From Psammoneis japonica (Eukaryota), in assembly GCA_008632985.1 (NCBI GenBank), contig QPGO01000017.1, positions 372,001 to 436,000 of the forward strand: a stretch of DNA of 64,000 nt, read 5' to 3'. Positions 46,701-58,160 of this stretch are shown here, in pieces (position 1 is the first letter of the stretch; each line of letters starts with the position of its first letter). The translations under genes were made by a program, and so were the position numbers. The notes below the pieces were generated by a model. That model was not told where the DNA came from. It saw only the letters and a list, made by a program, of their open reading frames with translations, and did not search any database.

Positions 46701-48460
46701 ATCTTTTGCAGCAGTTAAGAGTGAGAGCAAGAGCTGCTGGTGGTGCTGCTGCTGCTTTGACTGTGTGTGTGGGGAGCACTCCTGCCTCTTCTTGCGCAAG
46801 GCTTTGATCTTTCCACAACTGTGCTCAAGGCTGAGTGAAAGCTCTCTGTGTGGAAGAGCTGCTTGCAACTTGGAGCCATCTGGTTTCCCCATTGTTCCAG
46901 AGTGGTTTGATCCTCAGCTTGACTCCAACAGATCTTTAAAAAAGAAAATCTTTTGTGCTGCTCTGGAGACAAGTCTCAACTCAAGAACACTGCTGTTTGT
47001 TGCCTTGAGTTCATGTGTTTTGTCTTGCAGTTTTTGACCCTCATGGCTCAAATTTAAAATGAAAAGTGTGCCTGAGGTGCCAATGTTTGTTCCAGAATGC
47101 AATGGTGGTGCAACCTCATTGCTTGCACTTGGGCAGGTACAACAAAGGCTCTGTCAAGCATGCTGTTGGACAAAGAAATGGCACAAGCAGTGCAGCTTTT
47201 TTGTTGAGCATTGGCATGGATGCTCCTGGTTCAAGGGTGGTTTGGTTGTTGAAATGTTTTGACTTTGGGTTCTTGTGCTCTTGTTCACAAAGGTCTGGAG
47301 CTCAGCAATCAAGTTCCAGTCCATGGACAACTCCAACCATGGCTCTCCTTGCAGCCCAATTTTTTTGTTCAGGAGACATCAGAAAGGTGCAGAAGGAAAA
47401 GACAGTCAGAGAGGAGCAGCGGGTGCCAGAGGCACAACCAGAGGCACCTCACCTGACTGGACTCTCTTTGCAGCCAACTGAAAACATGTGTTTTCTTCCC
47501 ATGGAAGGGTTGGCACCTTCTTTTCCAACCAGAGCAAAAGGAGCCCATCTGTTGTGATGGCAGTGGGCAGAGCACTTGTGCAGCAGCTTGTTGCCAGTGA
47601 TCCATCAATGCTTCTTGTGCAAAGAAGCACTCAATCTGTGCAGCACACTTTGTGCTTGCAGCTCAAAGAGTTTGTCCTTGGCTCTCAAAAAAGCTTGATG
47701 TTCTTCTCAGCCAGCTGCTTGGTCACCTTGTTGGAAAGTTGTGTGCAGGCTTTCTGCCATTGCCCAGGCAGCAGCACTTTGCATTCTTTGGTGAGGGCGG
47801 CCCTCATCTCTCTCTCTCATTCTCCACACCTTCCAAGCTTTTTTTTCTTTGCACAAGAAAGGTCTGTTTGAGCAAATAGCTCATGTCAACTGCTGTGCTC
47901 CTGCACCACAGTGTTCATGTGTGTCTCAAGCAATGTTCTTGATCTCCAGACTCAAAGCCTCTCTGCATGAAGTGTTCTCAGTGTCTTGTCTCTCTTCAAT
48001 TCAGTGGTGGTGGTGGAGCTCATGCTGCATGGCAGCCATTTTGCTGGCAGAGAACAACACACAATGCCAGCTGATTTTTGCTCTTGTCCCCCATGCATGT
48101 GCCATGGCGAAGTTTCCTGCAGCACCTGTTGTCTCCCACCCCCACAACTCACATCTGTTGGGCCACCAAAATTGTCCACATCATGTTCAAGGTGTTGATC
48201 TCCATTCCAGGCTGGTCAACCAGATTGGATGAGATCAGCCAATGCACAACACACAAAGGTTCAGTTGTGCTAAATTGCAATGTCCTTCCTCAAAAAAGCA
48301 GTCTCATCATTTGAAGCATGGTGTGGACGGCGTCGGATTGTGGTGCAAAAGCGTCTTAATCTCACTGATGGAGTGATGTGCCACCTGCTTTTTACCCTTC
48401 CACCTAAGAGTGAAGAATGCAGGTCAAGAAAACAAAACTTCTTGCTCTCCAGACACACCT
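40740..48460. repeat. Hypermutated repeat domain (YR retroelement relic plus unclassified relics)
   Basis: TA nearly absent, CG low; mostly Tyr-less overlapping ORFs; abrupt return to normal composition near 48460. Confidence 0.8.
42330..44130 (+). pseudogene. Second DIRS/Ngaro-like relic: RNase H and tyrosine recombinase
   Basis: INSLEFVV (RNase H); LAMCAAVHVATESNSIFCKQLK, VADWHQVCPFCGAHLQEW (GxRxxE), WCTQKIGHFGEEKLF, WSAHSLHIGAC (HSLR), LQWRSMAFLVCL (catalytic Tyr position now TGC, 44074-44076). RT and termini not recognised. Confidence 0.82.
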
Positions 48461-48800
48461 GCCTAGATTACAGATCAGTCTATTAAACCGGAAGTTCACC
48501 ATCAAGACGCAACAGGCTCGAACTCAAAATGAATCAATCAAAAGAAACCCTCGACATTGACTTTACTGATTTATAAGGACACTGCAAACCTAAACTCGAC
48601 AGATACCTTTACTTCCCAACTACTATCATTCAATTGAGTGCACTGAAGGACCACCACAAAGTGTCTCATGAAACAAAGGCACTTCCAGCATCCAGTACAC
48701 CCAACAAAACACCGGCGATTCGAGAACGACACAAGTTGTGCATTGTCCCCTGACCTCCTGCGATAAAATGATCCAGAGAAACGAAGAGACGTTGAATAGT

Positions 48801-49862
48801 CTAGTCCTCCAGTTCCCTCGCAATTTCCGCCTCCAATTCATCCATTTCTGAGTTGCAGTCCGAGTTGGAATCGTCCTCTGCTCCAGGTACGAGTTCAAAG
48901 TCTGTCGCACTAAGCGCATCTATAGCAGTAGATGGATCTGGTGTTGTCGCTCCCGCTGTGATACCCAAATCAGAGTCGGTCGCCTCCTTCAATTCAACAG
49001 GAACCGAAAACAACGCCTCCGTTGTAGCTCCCTCCTTCTTGTTTGCCTTGTCCGCAGATTCTACGGGTTCAAAGGTGATCTCATCCGAACCCGAATCATC
49101 GGCAACTTCTCCCTCTGATTTGAGATGCTCCGTAGTGTTGGGTTGATCAGACCAAATCTCATCAATCGAAAGTCCGGCTTCGTACCGTGTCCAGGCACAG
49201 TGAAAAAAGTAGTTACGCCAGAACGTTTTCTCTTTCTCACCGCCACCTATGGTAAGCGAAGGAGTTTTACGGTATCAATGCGTAAGTCCAGACTGTAAAG
49301 CTAGAGCATCATGGGAACTTCAAAACAGTGAGTTTGTACATCCCGGTAGTCACTTACCTGAAAGTCTTGATTGCATCTCAACTAGCTTGGGGTCAAGGTC
49401 AAGAAGTCTCTGAATTAATCCGACATGAGCATCAAGGTCAAACTCCCCAAGAAGAGGTGGAAGTGGCTCCAGCTTCGAAAGTCTTGCTAGCGACTCTTCC
49501 GTTGGTGCTTGGTAAGGAATTGTATCTCCATCGTCGTCTTCTTTCTCTTGCTGTGTGGGTTTCGGCATGGCATAAGGTCCCGTGAATGTCTCTTCTTTGC
49601 TGCTCAAAGTGAGGATCGCTTCCTTGCATTCCTCTACAAGAATATCACGTTCCGTATCTCGTGTCTCCCATGGAAGCATCCCAGAGAGCGAATCACGAAC
49701 CCTCTCTTTCCTCTTTTCTTCCTCGTCAATTCGCTGTCGTTCCGCTGTAAGTTCCGGTGTTGTCAGAGTCAACTTCTCTAGCATTTCACCATCGATCGGA
49801 ATCGCCGCCTGGACCTTATTCTTCAAGTCATCAATTGCTTCAAGGTTGAACCACGACGACAT
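48801..49862 (-). CDS. BSD-domain protein, 2 exons
   Basis: LPWET, FDLDAHVGLIQRLLDLDPKL..EKTFWRNYFFH. Intron 49247-49357 joins in frame to an acidic C-terminus ending ELED*. Confidence 0.85.
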
Positions 49863-50246
49863 GATGCTTGTTCGTGATCACTTCTGGTTGCAATAAAGTA
49901 CAAGGCGCTGATAGAAACACCTGCAGTGCAGTGTGCAGTGTTCGTTCTTTATGTCCGGTGTTGTCGTGTTGCATGCTTCCAAAACTCGTTCGTCGTTCGT
50001 TCGTCGCTCGTTTCGTCGTGTTAGCCAGCGCGCGCAGCGTACGTACCGTAGCGCAAACATACCGGTACCGTTCGTACGTCCTCCGTTGGTGCGTAGGATT
50101 CATACTACGTCGTACGGCACCATGCTCAATGCTTATCACGATGCGAAGGATCAGCAAGAAACGAGATGATTGATTCGAGAAACAGGAACTGAAGAGCCAT
50201 CGCCATCGCCATCACATTGACACCGTGTTGTGTTTCTCACCATACC

Positions 50247-51302
50247 ATGGCCTGGGCTGTGAAAAGTCAGCGCAACAAAGAACTAGAAAACGGAGGGGAA
50301 CAACCCATAAGTACCAATGGATCGACGAGAGGTCAAGACAGGTCAGAAAAAAGCAAAGCAGGTGTGAATTCAGGCTCGAAAATATCTGGTCTCATCAGCC
50401 CCACGATTGCTCGTCGAGGTGGTGGGGGAAAGCCTCTAATTGTCAAGGAAAAACTACTGACTCGAGCTAGTTTTCGTTCACTAAGACAAGTGAGAAAGCG
50501 ATCCAACTCTGCTCCAGCCAAGCCAGACAGACACCGGCTTTTAGAAGATCATTATCTCGTTGACAGGAAAGAGCGGGTCGTGCTTCCCGGTGTTCCCAAA
50601 CACGGCGACGACTTTCATAGAGACTTGCACGACTATTTCAATCTAATCATTTTGGTACCTGTAGTGGTTCTGAACATGATGAACTGGAACTGGGATATCC
50701 TGTTGCATTCAAAAAACAAAACAATCAAAGATGCTTGGACCGGAGAATGGTGGTGGCAGTTCTTCTTTGTCACTGTAACCTACTTTGTCGTGGACCTTTG
50801 CTGGATTTTGGCGATACCATCTGCGGTTCGAAGCCCGATAACAATTGTTCAGCATCATATCGCCACGTTACTTTACTTGACGATACCATACTTGAGACCA
50901 GAGTATCAATGGCTGATGGGGGCGTGCATGAGTGTGGAGATCAATACGTGGTTCTTGATTTCACGGCGAGTCTTCAACAAGCAGGGTTTTCCTCCGTGGA
51001 TTATTGATTTGCCTCCATTCTTCTCGATCAGGATCAAGCTAATATCGGTCTTTTTCTACTTGACCTGGATCTCCATTCGATGCATATTATATCCCTATCT
51101 GCTGGTTGAATTCATCAACATGTGGCAAGCACTCTCGCGCAAAGTCGGAACCAAGCTAAACCTTTTCGCCATTGTGATACCTTTGCATTTCCTCTTTTGC
51201 ATCCTCAATTTCAAGTGGACTTATGACTTGATCATGTCCAAAATACGATGGTTTACAAAACGAGGGATCAAACCTCAGCAAGATGTCTCGAAGGGTCTGT
51301 AG
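50247..51302 (+). CDS. TLC (TRAM/LAG1/CLN8)-like membrane protein
   Basis: YFVVDL, IVQHHIAT, VEINTWFLISRR, FYLTWISIR, LNFKWT; multiple TM segments. Confidence 0.8.
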   Translation: MAWAVKSQRNKELENGGEQPISTNGSTRGQDRSEKSKAGVNSGSKISGLISPTIARRGGGGKPLIVKEKLLTRASFRSLRQVRKRSNSAPAKPDRHRLLEDHYLVDRKERVVLPGVPKHGDDFHRDLHDYFNLIILVPVVVLNMMNWNWDILLHSKNKTIKDAWTGEWWWQFFFVTVTYFVVDLCWILAIPSAVRSPITIVQHHIATLLYLTIPYLRPEYQWLMGACMSVEINTWFLISRRVFNKQGFPPWIIDLPPFFSIRIKLISVFFYLTWISIRCILYPYLLVEFINMWQALSRKVGTKLNLFAIVIPLHFLFCILNFKWTYDLIMSKIRWFTKRGIKPQQDVSKGL

Positions 51303-51364
51303 AAGTAGTCTGCATTCTGACTACAATAGAATAATTTTCATTTTTATAGTGCATTGCTGCTATA

Positions 51365-53065
51365 CTATGTAGAAGACCCTTTGTTCAACTTCGCTACAAG
51401 CTTGTTGTTGACTTTTTCCCACCTCTGGATTATTGACTTGGCTTCATCGAGTTCCGCCTGTAATCGCAACACCTCTCGATTTTGTTCTTCGAGTTGGGAG
51501 GCAGCTGTATCATTTTCAAGGGAGATTACTTCGTCGTCGTCGTGATTTTCAGGCAAGTTGTCGGCGTCTGCTCGATCTGGTTCTGGCATGGGAGCGAGTT
51601 TCCGTCGCTTTGCGCTCGTTGCGTCAAACCGTGATCGAAGCGACTTGACACGAAGTTTTTCCGATGCATCGAAACTGATTGGCTGTAAGAAAGGTAGAGG
51701 TGTCCATAAGAGCGCATTCTCTTGCGTTTCCCCAACATTCTGCTTAAATTTCTGGAGCGGTGTGACGAGATCGGCAACACTTTTCAACGTCTTTTTGGAT
51801 TCACTAGAAGTACCGAAATCGCCAAGGGCGGGCCGCTCTTGATCTGCATCGTCTCGTGACACGACAAGAATGGAAGTGACGGGATGACTGCTACTAGAGC
51901 TAGCTGAAGGCGTAGATGATGCCTTTGCATTTGATGCAGATGTCGTTGGTTGGGCGGAATGAGACCAAGGTTCCATGATTCGTGTACAACTACGAGATTC
52001 CAAATCCCAAACACGAACCGAACCCCCTTCGTCTCCACTTACAAGCAATTCCAATGAGTTTCCCTTTATCACGACCAATGATGTTATTGGCCTGCTATGT
52101 CCATGTAGTTCTGATTTGTACGATTGACTTGTGTCGTTATCATCCCCGAAAACCTGGTCCTCGTTTGTTTTGTCAACATTCGGTCGTTTCACAATGACGC
52201 CCATCTGCGACGTTTGATGCATTGCATGAACCTCAAGATCAATTGTATAAATACTTCCTTGTCCCGCACCAGCAAATAAGCGACCAGCCGAGTATTCTAA
52301 CACACGTATTGAGTGCGGCATTTGAACAGTCAAAACAACTGCGTCTGAAAAGAGCTCGATGATTGAAACCTTGCAGTCGTCCGAAGCTGTCGCCATTCTA
52401 TCCCCGGGCAACGCCTTGAGTGCCGTCACCGACAAGTGGTGATATGACCACGTACGAAGTGGGGCAACCGTCGTCCCATCTGAAGTTTCCAAGTCGACAA
52501 GATCCATCAGCGAAAAAGCATGAACCATACCGTCTCCACCTCCTGTGACGAGATAGTGTCCACATGCACTCCACGCCAGGGCCGTCACTGATCGATAATG
52601 CGCACGAACAGTGCGAAGCAAGGACCCTCCCAACGCACTCCACACATAGCAGACTCCCGAGCTTCCACCTCCCGCAATGTAATTGCCGCATTTCGAAACG
52701 ATAAGGCCTGCAGATAGATTTGATTCCGGTAGTCGACACTTCCAATGCAAAAACGGTGTTAGCGGTGCTCGACGTAGTGACAACAGCATGCCATAGGTAT
52801 CGTCCTTTCTTTGACCAGCGCCGTAGGATAATACAAGAGTTTGCGAACTGTAGGAAGAGAAACTGCTCGGAAAAGAAGAAAGATGCGATATCCCCAAAGC
52901 AGATTTACTCGCGTTGCCGTCAGCTCCACGTGCTGTCCGAAAAGATGACAGAACAGAGCCCGTGTGCGGACAGAGCAACACAACGGATCCTCCCCCACCT
53001 CCAGCCGTCAATGAAGTTGTTGGCTTTGAGGTCGAAACGCAAATGGCAAATTGATTCAATGTCAT
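51365..53065 (-). CDS. WD40-repeat protein, WDR18/Ipi3-like
   Basis: YVWSALGGSLLRTVRAHYRSVTALAWS, WSYHHLSVTAL, LHGHSRPITSL..LVSGDEGGSVRVWD, C-terminal coiled coil. Start uncertain (53065 or up to 53200). Confidence 0.82.
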   Translation of the reverse strand: MTLNQFAICVSTSKPTTSLTAGGGGGSVVLLCPHTGSVLSSFRTARGADGNASKSALGISHLSSFPSSFSSYSSQTLVLSYGAGQRKDDTYGMLLSLRRAPLTPFLHWKCRLPESNLSAGLIVSKCGNYIAGGGSSGVCYVWSALGGSLLRTVRAHYRSVTALAWSACGHYLVTGGGDGMVHAFSLMDLVDLETSDGTTVAPLRTWSYHHLSVTALKALPGDRMATASDDCKVSIIELFSDAVVLTVQMPHSIRVLEYSAGRLFAGAGQGSIYTIDLEVHAMHQTSQMGVIVKRPNVDKTNEDQVFGDDNDTSQSYKSELHGHSRPITSLVVIKGNSLELLVSGDEGGSVRVWDLESRSCTRIMEPWSHSAQPTTSASNAKASSTPSASSSSSHPVTSILVVSRDDADQERPALGDFGTSSESKKTLKSVADLVTPLQKFKQNVGETQENALLWTPLPFLQPISFDASEKLRVKSLRSRFDATSAKRRKLAPMPEPDRADADNLPENHDDDEVISLENDTAASQLEEQNREVLRLQAELDEAKSIIQRWEKVNNKLVAKLNKGSST

Positions 53066-53579
53066 TGCGACTCTATGTTGTCCCGGTAGGATGATGTGTG
53101 GTGGTACCTCTGGTGGGACTCCCTCATTTGCGTTTGTGTGGATGGCGTTTGATTGTGACTTCCTTTCAGGATGACGTACAGACATTATAATATATACCAT
53201 TCAGGCCCGGAGCATTTTATGAAACTCTTTAGTATCCCATTTTAGAAAGCTGTGACTATCCAAAATGTCACTCAGAAAGTGAAGAATAATATTTATTTAT
53301 GAAGGCGGAATATTATGTAAATCTTGTCTAAGAGATCTAACCGTTGCAGAACCATGACTTTCTAACGGCTACTTACCAACGTGACTAAACAGTTAAATGT
53401 GGTGCTAAGTATATGATTAAGTTCATAAATTTTTATATGGATGAAGTGAGCTTTTATTATTCTCCTTTTCTCATAGTGAGGGTGTTTGGCGAAATTTAAA
53501 GTATTATGGCATTTGATTTGGCAAATCATGTGTTTCCTTGCGAGCTCGGTGAACTTGCTCGTTGAAAAAAAAGCGCGCC

Positions 53580-55361
53580 ATGCATGTCACACACTCTCGA
53601 AAAAAAAAGCCAAAAGAAAAATACCGTCGAACGACTGAGTGGCAGGAGTGGAGAGTGGAGCAAACGTTTCACGTTGGGCGGGCACAGAAAGAAGCAGAGG
53701 CAGAGACGATGTCTTCTGTTAGTCTCAATCGAACGGTTGTTGATCATGAAAGTGTGGAAATTATTCCGCGAAGACTGCAGCAGTCACAGGAGACATCTTC
53801 CTTGGGACACAGTGTGGTAATTTCGAGAAAGGAGCGGGATGGTAGTTTGGAGCTTTCTCTGACGAGCAACTCTTCCGCTGTAGGTACGGATCCACCAAAA
53901 AAGAAGTCGGACAGCAATTCTTCATCAAGAAAGAAGGAAGGGCGGCAAAGCGGAGTTCTCGGAAAGTCGCGAGTGAAATCAAGCAGCAAACGTGATGATC
54001 CTCGCAAGGGGTCTCTGACTGGAGACGACCCTGCCTGTCAGCGCAAGGTATCGACCCACAAGGGACACATACTGCACCCTCATCACAACGCACACAAATC
54101 AGGCGTAGCTGGGACAACCATTTCGAAGGGAAAATCAACTAAAGATACCTTGACTAATGAGAATGCGCGTGGCACCAAGAACTCACGGCCTCCCGTACCG
54201 AAGGGTAAGAAGGGGTCGCGGAAGAAGTTTCAGATCTTGCGTCGCAAGAAAGACAAATCGACTCAGTTTAGTGTGGATAAGAAGACTCCCAGGTTAGGTA
54301 CGGCGACGAAGACGAAGACCCCACAAGCGAAACACGTTATTTCGACCGAAGGGGCGCGTGATTACCCCAAACTTTCGCGAAGCACACCGGTCAGTGTTGC
54401 GCCTACGTGCTCCACATGCTCAATATCCGCACCTTCGTTGGGAACAAAGCCTACCACAAGTGACAGCTCCGAAGAAGACTCTCTTCGTGGGGGACCCCCT
54501 GCGGACGTCACGTTCCATTTTGGCGAAGTGCGCGGAGGCACCAAGCAAACTATTCTTGCCAGAAACGATCATGGGGAAGCAGCTAGTGTTGCTATACAGG
54601 CCATTAGGCACGGAGGTAAATATGACGAAGCTGAAGCAATCGGCATCCTTCCTCCCCTTCCTCCCTCTAAGAGCCAGAAGAAAGTGGCAGGGAAAGTGAT
54701 GCCGGCTGCAACGGGCGTAGAGAGAGAAACGGACGGTGCAAGTCATGCCAAGGATGAATCTCCAATGGTTGAATCCATTGAAGTAGATATGCTGTCTTCC
54801 AAGGTATCCAATGTAGTCATCACTTGTACGGATGGCTCGCGCCTATCGCCGACTCCCGCTGACGAAAGCCCGTCATGTAGGAACAACGTTCGTTCCGACA
54901 AGAAAATCGGCCAAGTCCCAGACGGATACTCTCCCGGATTTTCGGACGCTTCGTCTCTGTTTGGTAGTCCATCAAGTAGTGAAGATTACTCTGTCGATAG
55001 ACAATCCTCCATGTCTTCGAGATCAAGTTGGTCGACGGATTTGAGTTATTCGCCCGCATCGGCGACTTCAAACAAACGAAGCGTTTCCGGCGAGACTGCG
55101 CAGAATCGCGTATTGACAGGAATGGATCACTTCAAGTCAGGATTCAACGCGATGAAAGAGGAACTTGGATACCTCACTGATGAGTTAAGAGGCTCGTCAC
55201 CAGAGAAGCTCGATGATGATTCTGCCTTTTCTGATTCTTCGTATCTTTCCGGCTCCACGATAGGAACCGACACTTTGAATCCGGCAGCTTCAGGTGAGAC
55301 GGGTTTGCTCGCTGCCTCGACCATTGATTCGTACGGTGACGATGACTCGTACTACGAGTAG
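53580..55361 (+). CDS. Hypothetical Ser/Lys-rich, probably disordered protein
   Basis: About 590-codon ORF with normal composition; no domain recognised. Confidence 0.6.
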   Translation: MHVTHSRKKKPKEKYRRTTEWQEWRVEQTFHVGRAQKEAEAETMSSVSLNRTVVDHESVEIIPRRLQQSQETSSLGHSVVISRKERDGSLELSLTSNSSAVGTDPPKKKSDSNSSSRKKEGRQSGVLGKSRVKSSSKRDDPRKGSLTGDDPACQRKVSTHKGHILHPHHNAHKSGVAGTTISKGKSTKDTLTNENARGTKNSRPPVPKGKKGSRKKFQILRRKKDKSTQFSVDKKTPRLGTATKTKTPQAKHVISTEGARDYPKLSRSTPVSVAPTCSTCSISAPSLGTKPTTSDSSEEDSLRGGPPADVTFHFGEVRGGTKQTILARNDHGEAASVAIQAIRHGGKYDEAEAIGILPPLPPSKSQKKVAGKVMPAATGVERETDGASHAKDESPMVESIEVDMLSSKVSNVVITCTDGSRLSPTPADESPSCRNNVRSDKKIGQVPDGYSPGFSDASSLFGSPSSSEDYSVDRQSSMSSRSSWSTDLSYSPASATSNKRSVSGETAQNRVLTGMDHFKSGFNAMKEELGYLTDELRGSSPEKLDDDSAFSDSSYLSGSTIGTDTLNPAASGETGLLAASTIDSYGDDDSYYE

Positions 55362-55535
55362 CCAGGTTGCACGAATCGAGATGTGTTTCAAGGAATTAGC
55401 AAACAGACAATTTAGTTGTAGACGCCACGAGCGCATCCATTACATAGTTCATGATTTGCATTTCAAAACAACATAGCGTTAGTCTCCCCAACTTGCGTTT
55501 ACCTACACGTACTGTGTACATTACTACTACGTACG

Positions 55536-57014
55536 CTACCCCCTTGCTGCAACTTCATCGGCAGCTGGCTGGTTCGTGGAAAACTCGTCTGACCCAAACG
55601 AAACATAATCTGGGCGTTCACAAGCTCGATATTCGTCCACAAGGTTTTGAACTGTTTCCCTGGCGCTGTCAAACTCGTCCAAAGAGCTTTCAAACATTGG
55701 CTCCCTCCTGTAGTTGTCCAAGAAGGCGTTGCGACTTCTTATCCGATCGTACTGCTTCAGAAGGCGGTCAAAAAGGTCTGACATACTGGTATGATTGGCA
55801 AGCATAAAGCCACTCACTTTGTTTTCTGTCTCTACATAAGGAGATTTTCTTGCAAGAGCAACTTGAATAGATGCCGGGCCCCAAGGAATGAAGGGAATAA
55901 GCTGACGTTCGCGTATCCGCTGCAAGGCTTTATGGATTTGGCTCGGGTCCACATCATTCCCTTGGATAATGTTTAGCATTGATATGTAACACCCAGACCC
56001 GGACCGGGTATTGGCCGATACCATGAGATTTTTTGGTTGTGTGAGTCGTCTCATAACGTCCAGAACGGTTGTCTTGCGTACCCCGACGGATGCGTGGGCA
56101 TCAGGTAGAGCAAGAGGCGTGTAGCCCGTCATTAGAAAATGGCATCTGGGTGTTGGAATCAAAGAAGCCAATAGCCCAATAAGATCATTGTTCATGTAGC
56201 CTGGATAACGTAGCGTGGTAGTGCTGGCCGCCATGATTGTCGCCACTAGACTGTTCAAATGATCAACGGTAGGATTGCTGATGCGGAGTCGGTCCACGGC
56301 GATTCGGTTGAGAGCCGTGTTGTCGAGAACGACGACGGCATCTGCGTTTAGTGTGAGCCTCTTGAGGGACAAGACAGAGTTGTATGGCTGAACAACTACA
56401 TCCGACTGGCTTTGATCCCAATTCGGGAATACAGAATATGTCTGAACTAGTTTTTTCGGATAGTGGTCATTGAGTTTCTCCAGTAGATAAGAACCCATGC
56501 CGCTGCCGGTCCCACCAGCAATCGAATGACACAGGACAAAACCCTCCAACGAATCTGAATTGTCGCTCTCCCGATCGAGCATATCCAATACTTGTTCGTG
56601 GTGTTCCTCTCCCTGTCGAAAGCCACTCGCCCAGTTGTTCCCCGCCCCTCCCCCGTCTCGTGCAACAAACTTGTTTTCTGGATTGAAAAGATTCTTGTAG
56701 TCACCGGAATAAAGCTTGTTTACCACACGAGGTTCTAGATCAATCAGTAAGGCCCGAGGAACGTACCGATTGTCGTCACTCTGATAAAAGAAGACATCCT
56801 TGCGATCGTCGAGACCTGAGTGGTGGTTGGTGGTGGTGGAAGACCACGGCTCAGATGCGACGGTGCTGTGGGTTGTTGGGATCGACTGAGCACCGCAGGT
56901 CTTGAGAGTCCCATCGGGGTTTATGCCGTGCTCTCGACATAACTGTTTCCAGAATTCTCCACCAATCTGGTTGCCGCACTGACCGACCTGTAATGTGATG
57001 ATCTCGCGTGGCAT
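55536..57014 (-). CDS. TUBG1: Gamma-tubulin
   Basis: [74 protein letters not shown]; no intron apparent. Confidence 0.97.
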   Translation of the reverse strand: MPREIITLQVGQCGNQIGGEFWKQLCREHGINPDGTLKTCGAQSIPTTHSTVASEPWSSTTTNHHSGLDDRKDVFFYQSDDNRYVPRALLIDLEPRVVNKLYSGDYKNLFNPENKFVARDGGGAGNNWASGFRQGEEHHEQVLDMLDRESDNSDSLEGFVLCHSIAGGTGSGMGSYLLEKLNDHYPKKLVQTYSVFPNWDQSQSDVVVQPYNSVLSLKRLTLNADAVVVLDNTALNRIAVDRLRISNPTVDHLNSLVATIMAASTTTLRYPGYMNNDLIGLLASLIPTPRCHFLMTGYTPLALPDAHASVGVRKTTVLDVMRRLTQPKNLMVSANTRSGSGCYISMLNIIQGNDVDPSQIHKALQRIRERQLIPFIPWGPASIQVALARKSPYVETENKVSGFMLANHTSMSDLFDRLLKQYDRIRSRNAFLDNYRREPMFESSLDEFDSARETVQNLVDEYRACERPDYVSFGSDEFSTNQPAADEVAARG

Positions 57015-57597
57015 TTCTTTAGGATATGGAAAGAGAGATGAGGTCAATGAATACAGTAGTGCCCTCTAGGTAGACTAATGCTGCAAGCCGTCAGCAACAA
57101 TTGTTTATGGGTTAGGGAAACTACCCAATCTTCATCGGGATGCATGAAGAAGTGCGAAGTGGCCAGTGGCCAGATCTAACACTGTTGGCAATGCTACTGT
57201 AGAAACCTACAGTACTGTACGTAAATTTAGTAAGGGATACGGACCAAAGACGGACGCTCGTCATTAGCCAGCACCGCACCGCACCCACGAGAAGCTCCTT
57301 GGGTGCAGGGTGCAGCCACCACTTCCTCCACCAATGCCACAACTGTCATCTTGTCCATCAACCAAACTGGAATCTTCCTCCTCCCCTTCACCTTCGACCA
57401 CCTCGAAGGCATTGGCTGCCACTTCCACACCTTCTTTTTTGGCAAAACCTCACATCCCTCGTCTTCTCTGGTGTCCCATCTTCCCCACAATGCCGTGCTT
57501 GGCACCCTTGAAAACCCCCAGCACCTTTTAAAAAACCACCCGAAAAGTCAGCACCTTTGTTCATTTTCAGCACCTTTTAACCCTTCAATCACCAGGG

Positions 57598-58063
57598 GAG
57601 CAAATCTCCACCCGTGGAGATTTGCTCTGCTTGAGGATTTGTGTCGTGTCGCGCACTTTTGTGGTGAATGGCGCAACGCACGCAGTGCAAAAATGTCATG
57701 TCGCGCACAATCTGCGCAAAGCACACCACGTGCATTTGCTCATTGGGAGCAAATCTCCACTGGTGGAGATTTGCTCCAAGGGTGTGGCATCATTGCTCTG
57801 TTTGTGACAGCAACTCATGACAACCTGCATTGTCACAGGCTGAGATTTGGCTCCTCTCCATTCACAGATGAAGCATGCAAAAAACCTGGTGTTCAAAGTC
57901 GACATTGAACTTTCTAAATTGCAAAAAGATTTCCCCCAGATTTTTGGCAAATGCACATTCCAAAACAAAATTGCATGAATTGAGCGTCACTCACATCTGA
58001 AATTACTTCATGCGTTGTGTTTGTGGCGCAAGCGAGCAAATCTCCACCCGTGGAGATTTGCTC
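57598..58063. repeat. Three copies of a 30-bp palindrome GAGCAAATCTCCAC-nn-GTGGAGATTTGCTC
   Basis: Located at 57598-57627, 57747-57776 and 58034-58063. Confidence 0.92.
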
Positions 58064-58160
58064 AAGTGAGGTGGTTGAAGGGTCAAAAACGATTTAAAAA
58101 TCCAGCACCTTTTTTAAAACCAAGCACCTTTGCAAGTCAGCAAATGCCTTCATTTTATGT

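Noticed and set aside
12000..48460. Numerous Cys/His-rich short ORFs as metal-binding proteins or evidence of an alternative genetic code
   Set aside because: Their composition follows from TG/CA excess. Flanking genes use the standard code with normal Tyr and TAA/TAG stops.
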